15,021 bases of DNA from Promethearchaeota archaeon (GTDB lineage Archaea; Asgardarchaeota; Lokiarchaeia; Sigyniarchaeales; SOKP01), in assembly GCA_048940925.1 (NCBI GenBank), contig JBHLOC010000067.1:1-15021 (forward strand). The letters run 5' to 3'. The stretch's first letter is position 1, and the number at the start of each line of letters is the position of its first letter. Position numbers and translations under genes: made by a program. Under the pieces are notes generated by a model. That model saw only the letters and a list, made by a program, of their open reading frames with translations, was not told the origin of the DNA and searched no databases. This document shows positions 14,507 through 15,021 of the stretch, one piece after another.

Positions 14507-15021
14507 ATGACTAAAAATAAACTTTTGATTATTATATTGACACTTTTGACAATAAGCAGTATTATTATCCAATTTGCACCAGTTCCAACAAATAATTATA
14601 TACAAACTCAGATTATAGAGAAAGATAACACCCCGATAAACGAAATTGAGCCAATGGACCTTGGGATTATCCAACGAAATTATAAAGCTGATGGATCAAT
14701 TATTGAGATAAAAAAAAATATTAATCTAGCAGATGAAGAAACCCCTGGTGTTGAATCGGGAGATCATCCATTAGGGATAGATCAAATTCGATTTATTCCT
14801 AATAATGAATTAGCATTTGTTTGTCCAGGATTAAGCACAGATTTTGTTAATCTAAATCAGGTAGATATCAATCTACTTGAAAATGGAGTTGCTTCAACCC
14901 CTTATCAGGATATGTTGGGGGGAGGAAGTTGTGGTTATGAAGAAACAGGAGGACAAGTTGTGGATGCAACAAGTGGAGATGTTGATGGTGATATGAAAGA
15001 TGAACTTGTAATAATTGATGA
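14507..15021 (+). CDS. Secreted/cell-surface protein with FG-GAP/VCBS-type Ca-binding motif, N-terminal part (runs off the window; absent from the ORF track)
   Basis: Open frame from ATG 14507: MTKNKLLIIILTLLTISSIIIQFAP (basic n-region plus hydrophobic h-region) ... ATSGDVDGDMKDELVIID, a DxDxDxxD-type calcium-blade motif at 14975-15016. Confidence 0.8.
   Translation, partial: MTKNKLLIIILTLLTISSIIIQFAPVPTNNYIQTQIIEKDNTPINEIEPMDLGIIQRNYKADGSIIEIKKNINLADEETPGVESGDHPLGIDQIRFIPNNELAFVCPGLSTDFVNLNQVDINLLENGVASTPYQDMLGGGSCGYEETGGQVVDATSGDVDGDMKDELVIID

Noticed and set aside
14483-14674. 63-aa minus-strand Cys-containing ORF
   Set aside because: Antisense to the longer signal-peptide-bearing frame starting at 14507.
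1-15021. CRISPR array, IS/transposase, tRNA/rRNA, Sec-recoded ORF
   Set aside because: No regularly spaced direct repeats, transposase or integrase motifs, cloverleaf with a T-arm consensus, or in-frame TGA interrupting a recognisable protein was seen.

Overview
Very AT-rich archaeal chromosomal DNA, most likely from an Asgard archaeon of the Lokiarchaeia type. This is inferred from archaeal-type stalk proteins and SecY occurring together with a Rab-like small GTPase, longin-like domains and a gelsolin-domain protein. Left end (minus strand): rpl11-rpl1-rpl10(P0)-rpl12(P1), followed by the 5' part of secY. Centre: a candidate signalling island with two tandem 7-transmembrane proteins carrying C-terminal longin-like domains, divergent from a Rab-like GTPase. 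The GTPase P-loop lies upstream of the called ORF and needs a non-canonical start (ATC 6018). A small HTH protein ending in CCRF and an orphan CheB with a degenerate receiver domain follow. Right part: tandem FAH-family hydrolases, a thiN-thiW-(P-loop-like ORF) thiamine salvage cluster, a gelsolin protein with a SAP/HEH-like tail, a zinc-LID adenylate kinase, aroD, a candidate structured RNA (~14376-14461) and the 5' part of a secreted FG-GAP-type protein. No rRNA, tRNA, CRISPR array or transposase was recognised. All family calls come from motifs read by eye, not from database searches.
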